Assembly (NCBI RefSeq): GCF_009834535.1
Contig: NC_045707.1
Coordinates: forward strand, 54,190,001 to 54,254,000
Length of the DNA stretch: 64,000 nucleotides
DNA from: Camelus ferus
Taxonomy: Eukaryota
Direction: 5' to 3'
Of the stretch, positions 36,865 through 50,240 are shown piece by piece (within the stretch, counting starts at the first letter, position 1; every line of letters begins with the position of its first letter). Position numbers and translations under genes: made by a program. The notes under the pieces are model-generated. The model saw only the letters and a list, made by a program, of their open reading frames with translations, searched no databases and was not told where the DNA came from.

Positions 36865-39800
36865 AAAATAATAATAATGAGTGGATTTAATATTTCCCTC
36901 AAGAATAAATTTTTTCAAGCTTCAGAACTTTAAGAAATGCATAGAGATCTCTGATCTTTGCTAGCCTGATACCCTCCCTCTTCCTTGTTTTTTGTTTGTT
37001 TTTCAAAAGGTGTATTTTGCCCAATGAAAAACTAAGACAAAATAAATACAATAAATGCATAGTATTTTTAGAGAAGGAATGGCTTTCTACAAATGCCTTG
37101 AACGGACTAGATTATTTGTGGGGTAAAACAGTAACTTTTTGTCTGTATCTAAGTGTCCATTTGCTGAATGGGTTACAAACTCATTCAGAAAGACAAATGA
37201 AACAGCAAGACCAAAGTGTTGCAGGCCCATGGTAGATGAGTAGCTTCCACTTGGCTTATCATCTGGGTTTACTCAAGATTATGTCATAATAGCATCCGCT
37301 GACCATGCCCTCTCGGGAAAGGAAGGAAGTTGCCTTCTTACCGTTGCTGTATTATCCCACGGACTGGTAGCTGCTCTTTTCCCTGATTGTCACTTAAGAT
37401 GTTAGACTCTTGCCTAGGTATGGGCTCCAGGAAAGGGGGGGAACAGATAAAAGAAGAAGAGGGATAGATAAAGAGTAGGGAAAAGAAACTATAGAAGAAA
37501 GATCATGAATTAAGAGATAAGTAGATTAAACAAGCTCATCCCAGTGAGAGGAGGAGAGAGATACACAGTGCAATCCATCTTTTTTTCAGGTATTATAAAT
37601 TGTGCTCATACTGAGTTTTTCACCATTTTATAATAGGTTCTAATGCTGATCTCTAGTTTTGTTGCATCAAACTGCCATCAAACTGATTTTTGATCAATTT
37701 GACTTACTAATGACTGAAAATTGACTTGTGATAGCTGAGGATAAATCCATATATATTTTTAAGTGTCTATGAAATTCTCTTTGCATGGGAAGGCTTAAAT
37801 TAGAGATGATTTCTTATCCCACATTTTAGATTCTTTTCAGGTGATCAGGTTCAACTGTCTCTGCAACATAGCCATGAGCACATCCAAAAAAGAGAAGAAG
37901 GAAAAAAAAAAAAGCTTCTGTTAGAGGGCTGGGAGGCAATCTTCCCCCAAAGGGGTTTGTTTGTAAATTGCTTTGGTCCACTTTACAAGGTCAAATCCAT
38001 TCTCCTAATGATGAATCTCATCTGTTCTGGCAGAGAAAGAAATGTTTTCTTTCACTTCTACGTGTGGCAAGAGCTCATTCATCTCAGTAAGTTCTAAAGA
38101 GAAATCTAGCTACATCAGAGAGAGGAGTACTCAAAGGGCAACTGATGGCCAGGAAGATATATGGAATTCACTTTCCTGAGACAGACATTCAAATGGTAAC
38201 AAGTGATAGAAAACAGCTCTATATTTCAGCATGATGTGTGTTCGCCCCTGATGATTAAACCCCCTGTGAGCCATCTGCGTTTAATGGGTTAGAACTACTT
38301 TGTAGCTGCAATTTTTTCCTTCCACTGCTCTTATTTATTTGAGAGGAGACCGAACTCCACTCTTTAAAAGTTAAGCATGTAAGAAACCCTGCCAAGAGAA
38401 TCAGAAAGAAAAGGCAAATTTATAGCCCAGTGTTGTTTTAAGCATTTAGTAGTATAAATAAGAAGTGTAGATAAATGTGTACAAGTAGACGCATAAGTGA
38501 CCCTCTGTTTATCTCAGTTACATTATTTGCCTAAATGCCAGAGCAGAATTAACCCAATTAGTTTATATAACGGCTAATGCTGTCCCTCCACTGAGCTATT
38601 AGGGACATGCATAACTGGTGCTGGACCAGGAATGGTGTTTTTTTACTTCTAAGTCAAGCCTTGGGGACTGTGGTTTGCATCCAGTGATCCTTGCAGATAA
38701 AAATCAGAATCCAGTGTGGAGATTATGGTGGCTGGAAGCAAGGTACACTCTTGGTGTTATTAATGCAATCAAATTGAACTTCTGGTTTAAAATGCCAGCG
38801 GCGATAATGGCTTTCTATGTGTGATTCTGTCTTACCCGAGACATGTCACATTTTACTAACATCTCATTATTTTTCTCTGACTTAGAAAAGTCGGCAGCCA
38901 GAAGCACTCAATAAATATTTGCTGAATTGAATTGAACTCTGAGAACTGAGAGGTGAGGTGGCACTGATCATCAGTGACACATCTGGGATCAGAATCTTGA
39001 TTCTGTTCTGCCGAGCAGTAATCTCAGCCAAAGCCAATGGAAATATTACATGAAGAAGTTTCAATCTAAGAAAATTTTCGCAAGGCTACAGATGTTCATC
39101 TGACTCATGTAACTACAGGAGCCTAGGAACTTCCCTCTTGCCCTGTATTTTCACTCTTAATATATTGACTAACTTCAGGGTTCTCCCTCTTCATAATATC
39201 TAGTTACATAGCTCTCTTCCTAGGTCATTAAAATTTTTTTCTAAGGTATTTCCCTGAATAATTTCTCCTGCCTTTTTTTTTTTTTTTCTTTCCTTTGAAC
39301 CAGAAAACATATCTACAAGGAGAGGCTTCTAAGGGCTTTAAAAACATCCATCAATTTCACAGCTGGGAATGGTGGGACTCTAGATAAGAAAGGACAGTTC
39401 TTCCATTAAACCTCTATTTATTAAATGTAGGCAAGAGTTTTGTATTACATGAGACAAACTTTGGCCACACTGAGGCAGACAAAGAGTTAAATTAAAGACA
39501 CAAAAGCAACACCCAGCTGCTGCTGCTTTTTCTTTTCCCTCTCATGGAGTAGGGAGTATTTTTCCTGTAATGACCTTAGAATCTTCTGTCTTTTTCTTGG
39601 TCAGAGATCAAGGGGTACACCAGGGTGAAACCGCCTTCTTACTGAACTTCTCTATCAACTTTCTGCACGTGTATTTTGAAGCTACACTTACAATTTTATA
39701 GACATATCTATATGCTATCTTTTCATATTAGGTAAGTTTCAGCAAATGTCATCCACCCAACTAAACTGGATATTCCTTGAAGACAAAGGCTATGGCTTGC

Positions 39801-40519
39801 ATGTATTCATAACCTCGACAGCACATTACATTGTAATATTATGAGTTCAGCACATATTCATTGAATTATTTGAGAGTCAAAGGCTTGAAAAACATTATGG
39901 AATCAAATAAATTATTTCTCTGCTGAACCTGAGAACTTCAATCCAGTGAATAAAATAATAATAATAATAAAGAAAAGAAAGATTTAAAGTTAGAGAAATG
40001 TTGCAGTGTGATATATATAAAGAAAGGGTTGCAAATATTTTAACTATCACGGGCATAGCTTTTCAAGACACATGTGGGGTTTCCTTAAGGGAAAAAAATG
40101 ACAAATTTCTATATTCCTATACGTTCCTATTCATCTTTCAATGTCTGACTTGAATGTTACCTCTTCTCTGCAGCTTTCCATGCCTATCAATAAAGGTTGA
40201 ATTAATCGATTTCTTGTTTTCCAATAGTATTTTGTTTGAGCCACTTCCATGTCATATTTTAATTAATTATTGTACTCTATTGTCTCCCCTACCAGCATGC
40301 AGTTTTTCAAAGGTTTCAGCATAAAGAGAGTTCCCAACAAATGTTTGATAAATTGAGTAAAACTGAATTTAAAGATTTAAAAAATGAAGAAAAGGAAGAC
40401 AAAAATCTAACATCGACTCCATGGGAGGAAAAATTAAGAGTCTGTAAAGAAAGTATTTAAATTAAGTACTCACAGACTAGGATAAAATATTTTCAAAAAC
40501 ATATTTCAATTATGTTTTC

Positions 40520-40800
40520 TTCATAGCTTTAAGAAAAGCATGTGGAATAAAACATCAGAAGGAGAGTCATTGGACTTAGACGTTCCTTATATTTTCACTA
40601 TAAATTTCCTCATCTGTGAAATGGAGATGATATTAAATATACAAATGTGAAAGTGCCTTGTTAATTTAAAGCCTTATACAGTTTTTCCCCCCAATTATCC
40701 ATGACAAAATTAAGGCTCAGAGGAATGATAACCTTCCTAAACCTTTAAAGCTAAAAAGTAATAGAAGCAGGATTCCTAAAGCCAAACTCCTTCCATGATG
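40520..40800. mobile_element. MIR fragments
   Basis: tttcctcatctgtgaaatggagatgata; aaattaaggctcagagg. Confidence 0.6.
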
Positions 40801-41088
40801 CTCCGCAAACCATTTGAACCACTTGCCTCTTCCCAAATGCCTAGCCCCCATCTATCGAGTCCTGGTTCCCTAGTGATCCTCACTGAAATGCCTCCTTCAT
40901 TCATTCATTCAACATCGAATGCCCTGGGGCTGCCTGCTCTGAAAAGTCCTATTCTCTTTCAGCCCTACATTCTGCTAGTAAGAGATAATCTGATAAGTCA
41001 TTACACACTCTGCTATACTCATTCTTTAATTTAGGACCATCCTCTAAGACGAAAAATTGTTTAATCTGAAGAAATGACCCTGGTGCAT

Positions 41089-41663
41089 CAGAAGGGTTTC
41101 TTAATCCCTTTTGTGCTAGGGAGCCCTCTGGTCGTTTAGTGATCTTGTGAACCCCTTCTTAGATGTTTTCAAATAACTAAAATGCATAGGCTTAAGCGGG
41201 AAACCAGTTACATGGAACTACAGACGTCCAAATATTTACAGAACTAATTTTAGGACATAGTTATAATCGGTACATCTTTATTGACAGATTAAATAACAAG
41301 ATCCAGCAACAGAGTTAAAAACTACCTTAATTTGTCTGAAAACTATTGAAGACGTTTGAAAACTGTCCTAATCAAGCGATAAACTTGAATTATAATTATT
41401 TCAAGATATTTTTAATAACTCCAATAAATATAATATGAAAATACGTGTTCTTTCTATTGGTGACAAAGTCACAGGTACTGCTAAAACTATTCAGATTTGT
41501 TGTCCATATTTATAAATAAAAGAAAATGCTGTATGTTTCATTCTAGGGGTTATTGGAGATAGATATATGATTATTTTTCTGTCTCAGTTTGTGCATTTTC
41601 GGAGTTCTGTCCAGAGATACACCCTTCTACACCCACTCTCCCTACGTTATGAACTGGGCTCTA
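41089..41663 (+). mobile_element. MER119-like hAT-Charlie DNA transposon
   Basis: Start resembles recalled MER119 (ttttgtgctaggga...gaaccccttcttaga...ggaaaccagttacat); internal gtgacaaagtcacaggtactgcta. Confidence 0.7.
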
Positions 41664-44600
41664 GTGACACGGGGAGATTTCAAGCATTTGAATCTTTTCA
41701 CCTTCCCTAACTGGGCTGCACCAGTCACCTGTAGGGGGCTCCTTTTGCCTTCTACTGAAAACTTATGTTCTGACAATGCTGGTAATTGTTCTGAATTATT
41801 GTCTTAAGTCTTTAAAGTCTATGTCAAGGTAAACAGATAAAATATTACATGTACACGTTATTTGAAGACGCATGAAAAACTTCAGAATGCAATGTCTCTT
41901 TTCCAGCAGTTAGACATGCTATAAAATATTGTCATGATGAAATACTCAAGTCATTTATTTACCCCTTGAACTTAAAAAACGCCTACTGGTATACAATTCT
42001 AAGACTCAGAAGAAAAAACTTCCCTTAATTCTCTATTATTTTATGCAGCAGAATTGAAGGATTAGCTAGACCCTGTCGTGATATCTTTTCAGGATAAATG
42101 ATGGCAATATGTTTAAAAAGGAAAGTTACTGAAACAAAACAAAGTCCTGTTTTAGCCATTTACTATATACTGTAAAACCAGTAACGCATTTAATCCATTT
42201 CTGAGGCTCCGTGCCATCAATGCTGAGTCTATTGTCAGGCACTTCACTTCTGACTTTGTTCTCATTTGCATCAGTAGTGCCATTACTGCCGTCTTCTATA
42301 AAATATATATAATGAGACTGAGAGGCTAAGAACAAAAGCACTATTTAATGCATCATTTTATTAAATCAATTCCCTCATTAAAAGCCATACTTTCTTCAAT
42401 GCAAAATATGAATAGTTATAAAGAAACAATGTCTGTTGGAATTTTAGATGCCTAATTTCTTAAAGCAGAGCTGTCTTAAAGTTAGAAACTATGTTTTAAA
42501 TAATAAACAAACATCTCCATATTCTAATCAGAGAGAACAAAAATCAACCCCCAGAAGTAGGGATTTGAAAAATAAGGCAGTTTCCATATTTCTCCTAAAA
42601 TATTTGCCAGCAAAAGTGGTCATTATTTTTAATGAAAAAAAAAATCTATCTAACACAATTGCTCATCATTTACAATACTATTTGACTTAAACGTTGAAAG
42701 AAAAAAGTCACGGTCACTGGCAAATGTAGAAAATTATTTTAAAATTTCAAACAGTTTATGCAAATAATCTTGTTGATCTCTTCACTTCTTATTTAGCCAA
42801 GGCACTGTTCAGTCACTGATAAACTAAAACTACAACATTATATATAAAACAGCATTATATAAAACCCAGGGAGGTGATGTATGAATTGTACTATGAAGTC
42901 AAATAAGCACCCAGTATTTGAGAGGAGAAAGCAAAGACACTAAAAGGAAACAATAACCTACCATCTTTGTAAAAACTGTGTTAAGTGTAGCGGTCCACCC
43001 CTTACCCCGCCGTCCTTGGTAAAAAATCAATAGCCTATTGAAACGATGAAACTAATACACTCCAGTAATTTATACACATGATTTCATGAGTTTCCTCAAG
43101 GTTACACAGGTTAAGTAACTCTGTTATTCTTTTCAGATATGTTGTCAGGACCAAGGGCAAAGATTACAGTGGCTTTCTTTTTCTGCTTTCATAAGAAGTT
43201 AAATAAGAAAATAATCAGTATTTAATATTCATAAGAAGTAAATGATATATTTGCAAAATTCCACAAGCCATTTTCAGAAATTTAGTTTTATGTTTATGAA
43301 AGAAACTACAAAACTTACCTAATACTCCATTAAATTTATCTCTTATCATAAGGTCCAAACCTTAACCAAATCACTCGGAAATAAGAGTTTAAGAATCATA
43401 TAAAACCATCTGTGCAAGAAAAATATGTTGAAGGGGCAAATAGAGGCTGAGGTTGTTATGGGAACAAATGTCCAAGTGAATCAACTATGTAATGAACCAA
43501 AACACTCAACGTCAGTACTGCCAGTAATGAGCCCAAATAAAAGCCAATGAAATGCCTCTTGGTTTTTCCTTTCTTAAGTAAGTTCAACATTTTTGTGAGT
43601 GATGTGAATTCTAGTACATAAAACTTTGTTCAACCTAAGTTCAGACGAGCTAGAGAAAATTTTCAGGAAGTTCATTTATGCACTCTTTGTTTTAGCTTTA
43701 TCACATCCTATTACATCAAAAGTTCATTTATATTACATTGCAGCAACTTAAATACATAGTAAAATTTTCAGCCAATAAAAACAAAGGTCAGAACGTTAAC
43801 AGAAAAAAAAATCCGTAAAATTCTTACTGCCTTCAGAAAATGTTAAGCATGGTTGAGGGTGCAAACTTCAGGCATGTATGTGTCTGTCCAGGAAGACTGT
43901 GAACTCATCAAGGACAAGAACCATGATTCCGTTATTTATTTTATTCTCCCCAACAGAATTTCACACACTACAGGTGCTTAAAAAAAAAATGTGCTTATTG
44001 AATTAAATTTATACAAAGCACTGAAGATGTAGACCCTCAATTAAAAAGATGCTATTTAAATAAAAAAGAATGGAGTTACAGAAGCTCCAGCTAATTACCA
44101 GAATATAATGAGAAAAATTTAAAGGAGGAAAACTAAAGAATGAAGTGAGATTCAAGCTTGATTCAAAAATGAGTTTTGTTTCTCATTTAAAAAATATCAG
44201 GTATTAGGCAAGGGACATTGCAATTTCAATTAAGAAAGTAGAAGAAAATGAACATGGAAACCATTGGCTGGGGAAATTTTTAAAAAGAAAATTTTACGTT
44301 TTAGTTCTAAGTTTTAGTTCATAAATTCGTATCGGCCACATATATGAGTATATTAAAAGAAGTCATTCTCTCCTAAAACATGAAGGATATTTAACAGCTG
44401 CCTAAACAATCCTTGAACAAAAGCTCCTGCATGTAAGCATAATTCTCAGGGCCAAAGTTGAACAAGTTTGTCTTGGGAACAAAACTAAAAAGGGAGAACA
44501 CAAAAGTAATAAAGAACAGAGTTTTTATGGAGTCAAAGAATGTTTGTTTAGGACATCACTCATCTCCATCATCGGCTTGATTTAAAATTTTATTACAAAA

Positions 44601-45689
44601 GATGTCAAACTGCTGTAAATATTTTCCCACTAGAAGGAGACGCTTACTGGATGTAAAGACTTTTTCTGAAATTTAATTTTCAAAATTCATTTATTCTTGT
44701 CCTTTAGCCTTAGAGCCACCAAGCATTTCCCTAAAGGCGGCAGGAACCACAGGGAAGATTCTAAGAAGTACAAGGAGCAGATCGTGCTCTGATCCAAGCC
44801 ATGGACGTCGTCTTCATTTCAATTAATTTACTTTGCCTTTATGAACCTACGAGTCTTTCAAGGAGGCTGACATTTCACTCATCTGAAAAAGCCTGGAATG
44901 TGACAGGGGAAAGGGAGGAGAAGTAAATCAAAGGGGTTAGCAATTTTCCAGATGCAATGTATTTTTCTTCTTTTCCACCAGAAATTTTAGAGCGCCTTCT
45001 GACATTTTGATTCCCTGTGCAAGACCATGGTAGCAAAAAATGCTCACAGCTTCTATGTCAAAAAACAAACTCACACATACATGCACTTGCATGTATTCGA
45101 GGAACATATCAATTCCAATTTGCTGCTCCTTTAACTGAAAATATTTCCTTGAGTGTATTTATTAGATGTTTGTGTGTACAGTTTGATACAATTTTAGTTT
45201 AAAAGCAACAGTGGGTTTTGTAACTTTCCTTTTTTCTTGTGTAGGATAACCAATCACTGAGTTCATGCTGGCTTTTTCATGAAAAAGATGGCATTTATAA
45301 AAACTATTCTCGTGACTATATTTTAAATCACACCGGGATATTTCAGTTATCACCTTTAGCCACGTGGTTTCAGGAAACGATGACCAAAGATTTCATGCAA
45401 ATGCTGGTCATTTCAGAAGAGTTCTTTTTTCATGGAGTGAAATATCTAGAGGTTAAAAAAAAAAAATCTTCGAGGCCTGCAGATAAATTCTCAGCAACAG
45501 GGTATATGCTCATTGTGTCTTGGAGTCAGAGAGGGAGAAATGGCAGTTAACTCCCCAAAATGCCCTGCTTCAATATTTACCTGACAGCTTTGGTATCTTG
45601 ACATTTTTCCCCAGTGCATTTCCTCCTTTTCCATGTATTATTTTACAAGGGATTTCTTGTTATTCAGAACTAACATAAATCAATCTATA

Positions 45690-46012
45690 ACAGAGGAATT
45701 TGTTTAATACATTTATTCTTTTAAGAAGTTGCATGATCATATTTCATCGACTTGTACAATAGAGGGAAAAAAACGTTCTACTAAAACAGCGCTTGTGGAG
45801 ACTGGTGCATGGTAAACCTATTGAGTCTTTTCAGAAGTTCATTCTTAGATTTTAACGTTAAATAATAACAACTATTCATTTAAGCTGGTCTCACTGTATA
45901 TCTTGACCTTTTAGCAATTCCACACACAGCAGCTTATTGTGGTATCCTTTAAATATGAGAAATAAGAATGTTTTACTTTGCCACTAAGAGAAAAATAAAA
46001 GAGCACTGTATG
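45690..46012 (-). other. ALX1: ALX1 3'UTR (3' end approximate)
   Basis: AU-rich sequence between the stop codon and the polyA signals; cleavage site inferred ~15-25 nt past AATAAA. Confidence 0.8.
45703..45717 (-). terminator. Tandem polyadenylation signals AATAAA (45712-45717) and ATTAAA (45703-45708)
   Basis: Minus strand reads agAATAAAtgtATTAAAcaaa, about 295 nt after the ALX1 stop. Confidence 0.8.
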
Positions 46013-46333
46013 TTACATGGCCCAAGAAATATTGGCAGTGTGCTCCTTGGCTTTCATTCGAAGCACTGCGATGCTGGAGGACCTCCTCTCAAACTCTGGC
46101 TTTGTTTCAAATGCATGTCCATTGGTAGCCCCCGTAAGAAGAGAGTCAGTGAAAAAATTGTTGAGGGGCACGTGGCTGAACTGGTTCTGGTGGTTTGAAA
46201 ACCCTGTGTAACTGGAGTCTGTCCGAGGCGAGTGAGAGTAAGGTGTCATACAGGAGGAAGTGTCACGTGGTAACATGCACGAGGTAACCACAGAACCACC
46301 ACTTGCATTTCCTGCCCACAAATTGTTCTGAAT
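46013..46333 (-). CDS. ALX1: ALX1 terminal coding exon 4 (321 bp including stop); OAR/aristaless motif
   Basis: [13 protein letters not shown]...[29 protein letters not shown] (TAA at 46013-46015). Acceptor ttccAG|ATT. OAR motif [13 protein letters not shown]. Confidence 0.98.
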   Translation of the reverse strand: MQNNLWAGNASGGSVVTSCMLPRDTSSCMTPYSHSPRTDSSYTGFSNHQNQFSHVPLNNFFTDSLLTGATNGHAFETKPEFERRSSSIAVLRMKAKEHTANISWAM

Positions 46334-48999
46334 CTGGAATATATAAAACAACAAATATTACATTTACGCGTTCTCACTTTTGTTCTCTTGCTTTTGTTAA
46401 ACTGCATTTACCAAAGTTTGTTCACTGTTCACTGCTGGCTCCCATAGGGTGGTCTGTAATTACGTTCTGAGTACATGAAGCAATTACTGAGAAATAATTA
46501 TTTGAAAGACTCTTCTGGCTTGTTGTCCTATAATAGATCACCAAAACCCACATACTTGACCACATGAAATACTCTCACAACATGTCAGCCTCTTGAGGAT
46601 TCTTTTTATAGTCATGATTCTTAAAATAAAATCTGGAAGCTTTAGTCATGATTCCCGACCAATTCATGTGCTTTAAAAAGTGGTTAGAAGTACAGTTTTA
46701 AGCTTAAAGACAGTTTTCATCTTTCTAAACAAAGGTACACAGTTGCTTGTTTTTGTTTTTGTTTTTTTTTTTTAAGTTCCACAGTTGGACTCTCAGTGTG
46801 GTAGTTTTTGCTGCAAATCATTGCTGACATCAGGCTGTTTGCTCTGTAAAGATATTTTTGATCAAACTCATTCTGGAAAATGTTTACCCTTTCTTTTCTT
46901 CATTTCCTATAGTCTTGAATACATAGCTCTGTGAATAGGGGAATTATACACATATTTGAAACATTTACTCTGATTTATATATGATATAGTGAGGGTGCAA
47001 CAGAAGTATGACACATAAAAGAAATTTAGAATTCTAAAACATGACCATTACCAAAAAATGGAAGCACAACTAAGAAAAACATGCAAGTATTAGCAAAAAT
47101 ATCATATAAGTATAATTAAAGTGCTAGAAAACATCTTACATAAGACTGAAAACTGGGTTATCATTTGTGCCCCCCAAAATTCACATTTCATCTTATTAAA
47201 TCTCTACAGGAAACAATTCAGTGCAGCATTACCAGCAAATACAAACTTCTCTCAAGCTACCATTATGTAAAAGCAACACTTAGTAGAATTTGTGTACTGT
47301 GAATTCTAAATAGGATGTATCTTAGACCAGCCATTTAAACAAGGGCAAAAAACAGTGATCACATGCATTACTGAGAAGCACAGAGAAAATCATGGCAAAC
47401 GGCAGGATCTGGGCAAAAAGGAGGAAAATGTTGCATGGTGTAGCAAGGCAGAGACATGCAGCCTTAGAAGATGAAATTTAAAAATTACATGCCTCTTGCA
47501 ATATTATTACAGTAGATTTAAACTGGAACACAAGCAACAATTTATACGTGTACCCCATCTGGATTTCTTTTTTTTAAATCATGATAATTAGAACAGAGTC
47601 GTCAATTATCTCAACATATATACAAGAAATGCTTTCTTATATTTATTTTTACACAAAAATATAGAGTCTGGCGTAGTCTTACAATGCTCAAGCTTAAATC
47701 ATACTTTTTAAAGACAACTTATTTTCAATTAGCTGCAGAAAATATGTTAATAAATCTTCTAGACCACGATTGTAAACATGTTACTCTGTCACTTAGTTTC
47801 AAAACCGAACAGTCAAATTTCATCCCTTAGGTGGGGTTTCAACGACTGGCAAGATGCTCATTTTAGTGTTGTTTTAAAAGTAGTTCTTTATAATAAATAT
47901 TTTCTAAGCTGCTTTAAATATGTCAAATCTGTGAAAGATATCTATAGATATTATCTATCTATCTATCTATATATCATAACTTGCATATTTTATTCATCCT
48001 TAAATTGTCATGGGTTACGTTGTTTTACTTTTGGTTCATTCTACTATATGCATCCCGCTTCAGTCAAAATACGATGATTGGTGCCAGTGATTGCTGAGTT
48101 ATGTATCTCAAACCAACAAGAGGGGCTGCTAATGTCATTACTCTGTCAAACTAGCTTTTCTAACTTGATCTGGGTGACTTCCCTCTGAAATTCAATCAAA
48201 CATTGTGCTACACTGCAGAAACCACAATCACATGTCTGACAAAAGGGCTCTCAGGAAATGAAAGTGACTTTGCTTGCTTACTTTTGAAAAAAGTAAATGA
48301 AAGGCAAGACAGTGGTGGAGAAAGACTACTTACTTTTTATGTGTGTGGAAGGATTTCTCAATTTATACAGTGTTGCTAGAATTTATTATTAAAGTCATCT
48401 ACTCATATTCCTAATGCATAGAAATATATTTACCAAATAGGTAAAAAAGAAAAAAATAAGGAAAGTAAAAGCAGGAAGGTAATCTACAAGTTGACACTTA
48501 AAATATTTTCCCCCTAAAAGAATTAACAGTAATCCATGGATAAAATGAAAAGAAATTCTCCAATTTCCATGACATGGGCAAATATTTTTATTTTGATCAA
48601 AACTTCTTACCTGAACATGATCAAGCAAGTTTTTAAATGCATTACTTCTGATGAAATGTAACGTATAGAAATGTTTTCTGAACAGAGCAGACTGGTAAAG
48701 CAAGTTACTAACAGCAGTATTTAAGTTGGGCTTGAGAAGAGACCCAAATGTTCCCACAGGTAGTGATGCTGCCACACATTTTTACTGCTATGTCCTGTTT
48801 CCATGATCTCTGTCTCTCCCCTCTCTTCCCCTTCATTCATTTTCAAATTCCTTCATGTTTTCACTTGACTTGGGGGATCTAGTTGGTTTCTATAGCAAAA
48901 GTTAGAAGCAAATCATAAAAAAACCATCCCAGTGAAGTGGCGTTCTGCTTCTTCTGAAGCATCCCCTCTGGATGTTTAAAGCATGACAGTAATGATGGA

Positions 49000-49200
49000 G
49001 ACTACGCTTATGACAGCAAGTTATTGATTAATTACCATGTGCCAAGCATTATGAAGACTTCTGGTCCTTCCAATACGCTAAAAGGTGTGTGCTTTTACTA
49101 TTCCCACTTTGTAGAAGGTAAAACTATAGAGCAGAGAGTTTAAAAAACTCGCCCAAGACTGTGTCACTCCAATGTTAGAGGTCAAATCTGAACCCAGGAA
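49000..49200 (-). mobile_element. MIR SINE (intron 3)
   Basis: taccatgtgccaagcatt...ttcccactttgtaga...actcgcccaag...ctgaacccagg. Confidence 0.65.
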
Positions 49201-49959
49201 ACCTTCAGGAATGCCACAATGACAAAAACTAGTCTTACGAGTTGAAATTGCTTCTTTACTTATTCATAACCCTAACTTGGCAGGTGTTCAGAGACTCTAC
49301 TTTCTGAAGGTAAAAACCCCCAGTGATTTAAGCACAAATGTTTCCTTATCTGTAGGCCTAACATACACCTGATGAAACCTTAACATGCATTTATTCAATG
49401 ACGGAAAAATCTCTAAGATGAGTCCTAATATAAAATTTGGACTTACCCATCTTGCTGATGTAATCAAAATGTTCTGGACAACTCATGCTAATATATCTAG
49501 ATTTTCTTTCATGATTTGAATGCTAGAATCACCATACTCTGTAATCTTAACAGAAATCACGAACATTACATAGTTAGACCCCGTTGACTACATTTCCCTA
49601 GGCAGGTTTTTTTTTTCTTCCCTTTTTCTTTTTTCTGTTAAACACTCATTCTCCAACATAGACACATCAGATGGAGATTCTGATTCATTAAGCATGCGGT
49701 GCGGCTCAGGGGATTTGTATTAAAACAATGGCAAAGATGATAATCCATACAGGCAGTTCTGAAATACTGCTGAAGCCCAACTTCCTTCTAAGTGCAGAAA
49801 ACCCTTGCACACTTTCAATTATGTTTAATTCCTATGATAAAAGAAGCTCACCCTGTTTAGAAAAAGAAAAACATTACTTTCCCTTTTGGAGAGTTCTGTA
49901 AAAAAGTTAAGTGCTATCTTCCTATGTCTGTTGCTTTTATTTCTGTTCCTTAAAATACA

Positions 49960-50240
49960 GAATAAGCAGCATCCTTCTCACCTGTGAAAATCTCTGAATA
50001 TCATCAGGCAATTATCATACAATCACAAGTCTCTTTTCTTTAAGCACTCCTCATACAACAAGGCTTCCAGACCATATCATTATAGCCACGTTCCTGTGGA
50101 TATGCTGGGGGTTGTCAGTACCCCTCACCCGTATTAACACCCAGCACTGACAGGAGAATGTTAATATTTGAGATGTCTGACCACCACAGGAATAACCTGG
50201 CAGGTGTCATCTTTGTTCTACAGCATCTACTTCTGTTAAT
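49960..50240 (-). mobile_element. L3/CR1 LINE fragment (intron 3)
   Basis: Reverse of CR1 ORF2 motifs (caagtctcttttct, cccagcactg, gtctgacca). Confidence 0.5.

Noticed and set aside
217..45353. Remaining 60-126 aa ORFs in the downstream flank
   Set aside because: No recognisable domains, many start at non-ATG codons or lie in repeats; consistent with chance ORFs. No second gene or processed pseudogene was recognised.
45968..46211. Plus-strand ORFs over exon 4
   Set aside because: Antisense shadows of the ALX1 coding sequence.
47938..47975. 14-bp palindrome ATATCTATAGATAT
   Set aside because: Part of a low-complexity (TCTA)n/AT tract.
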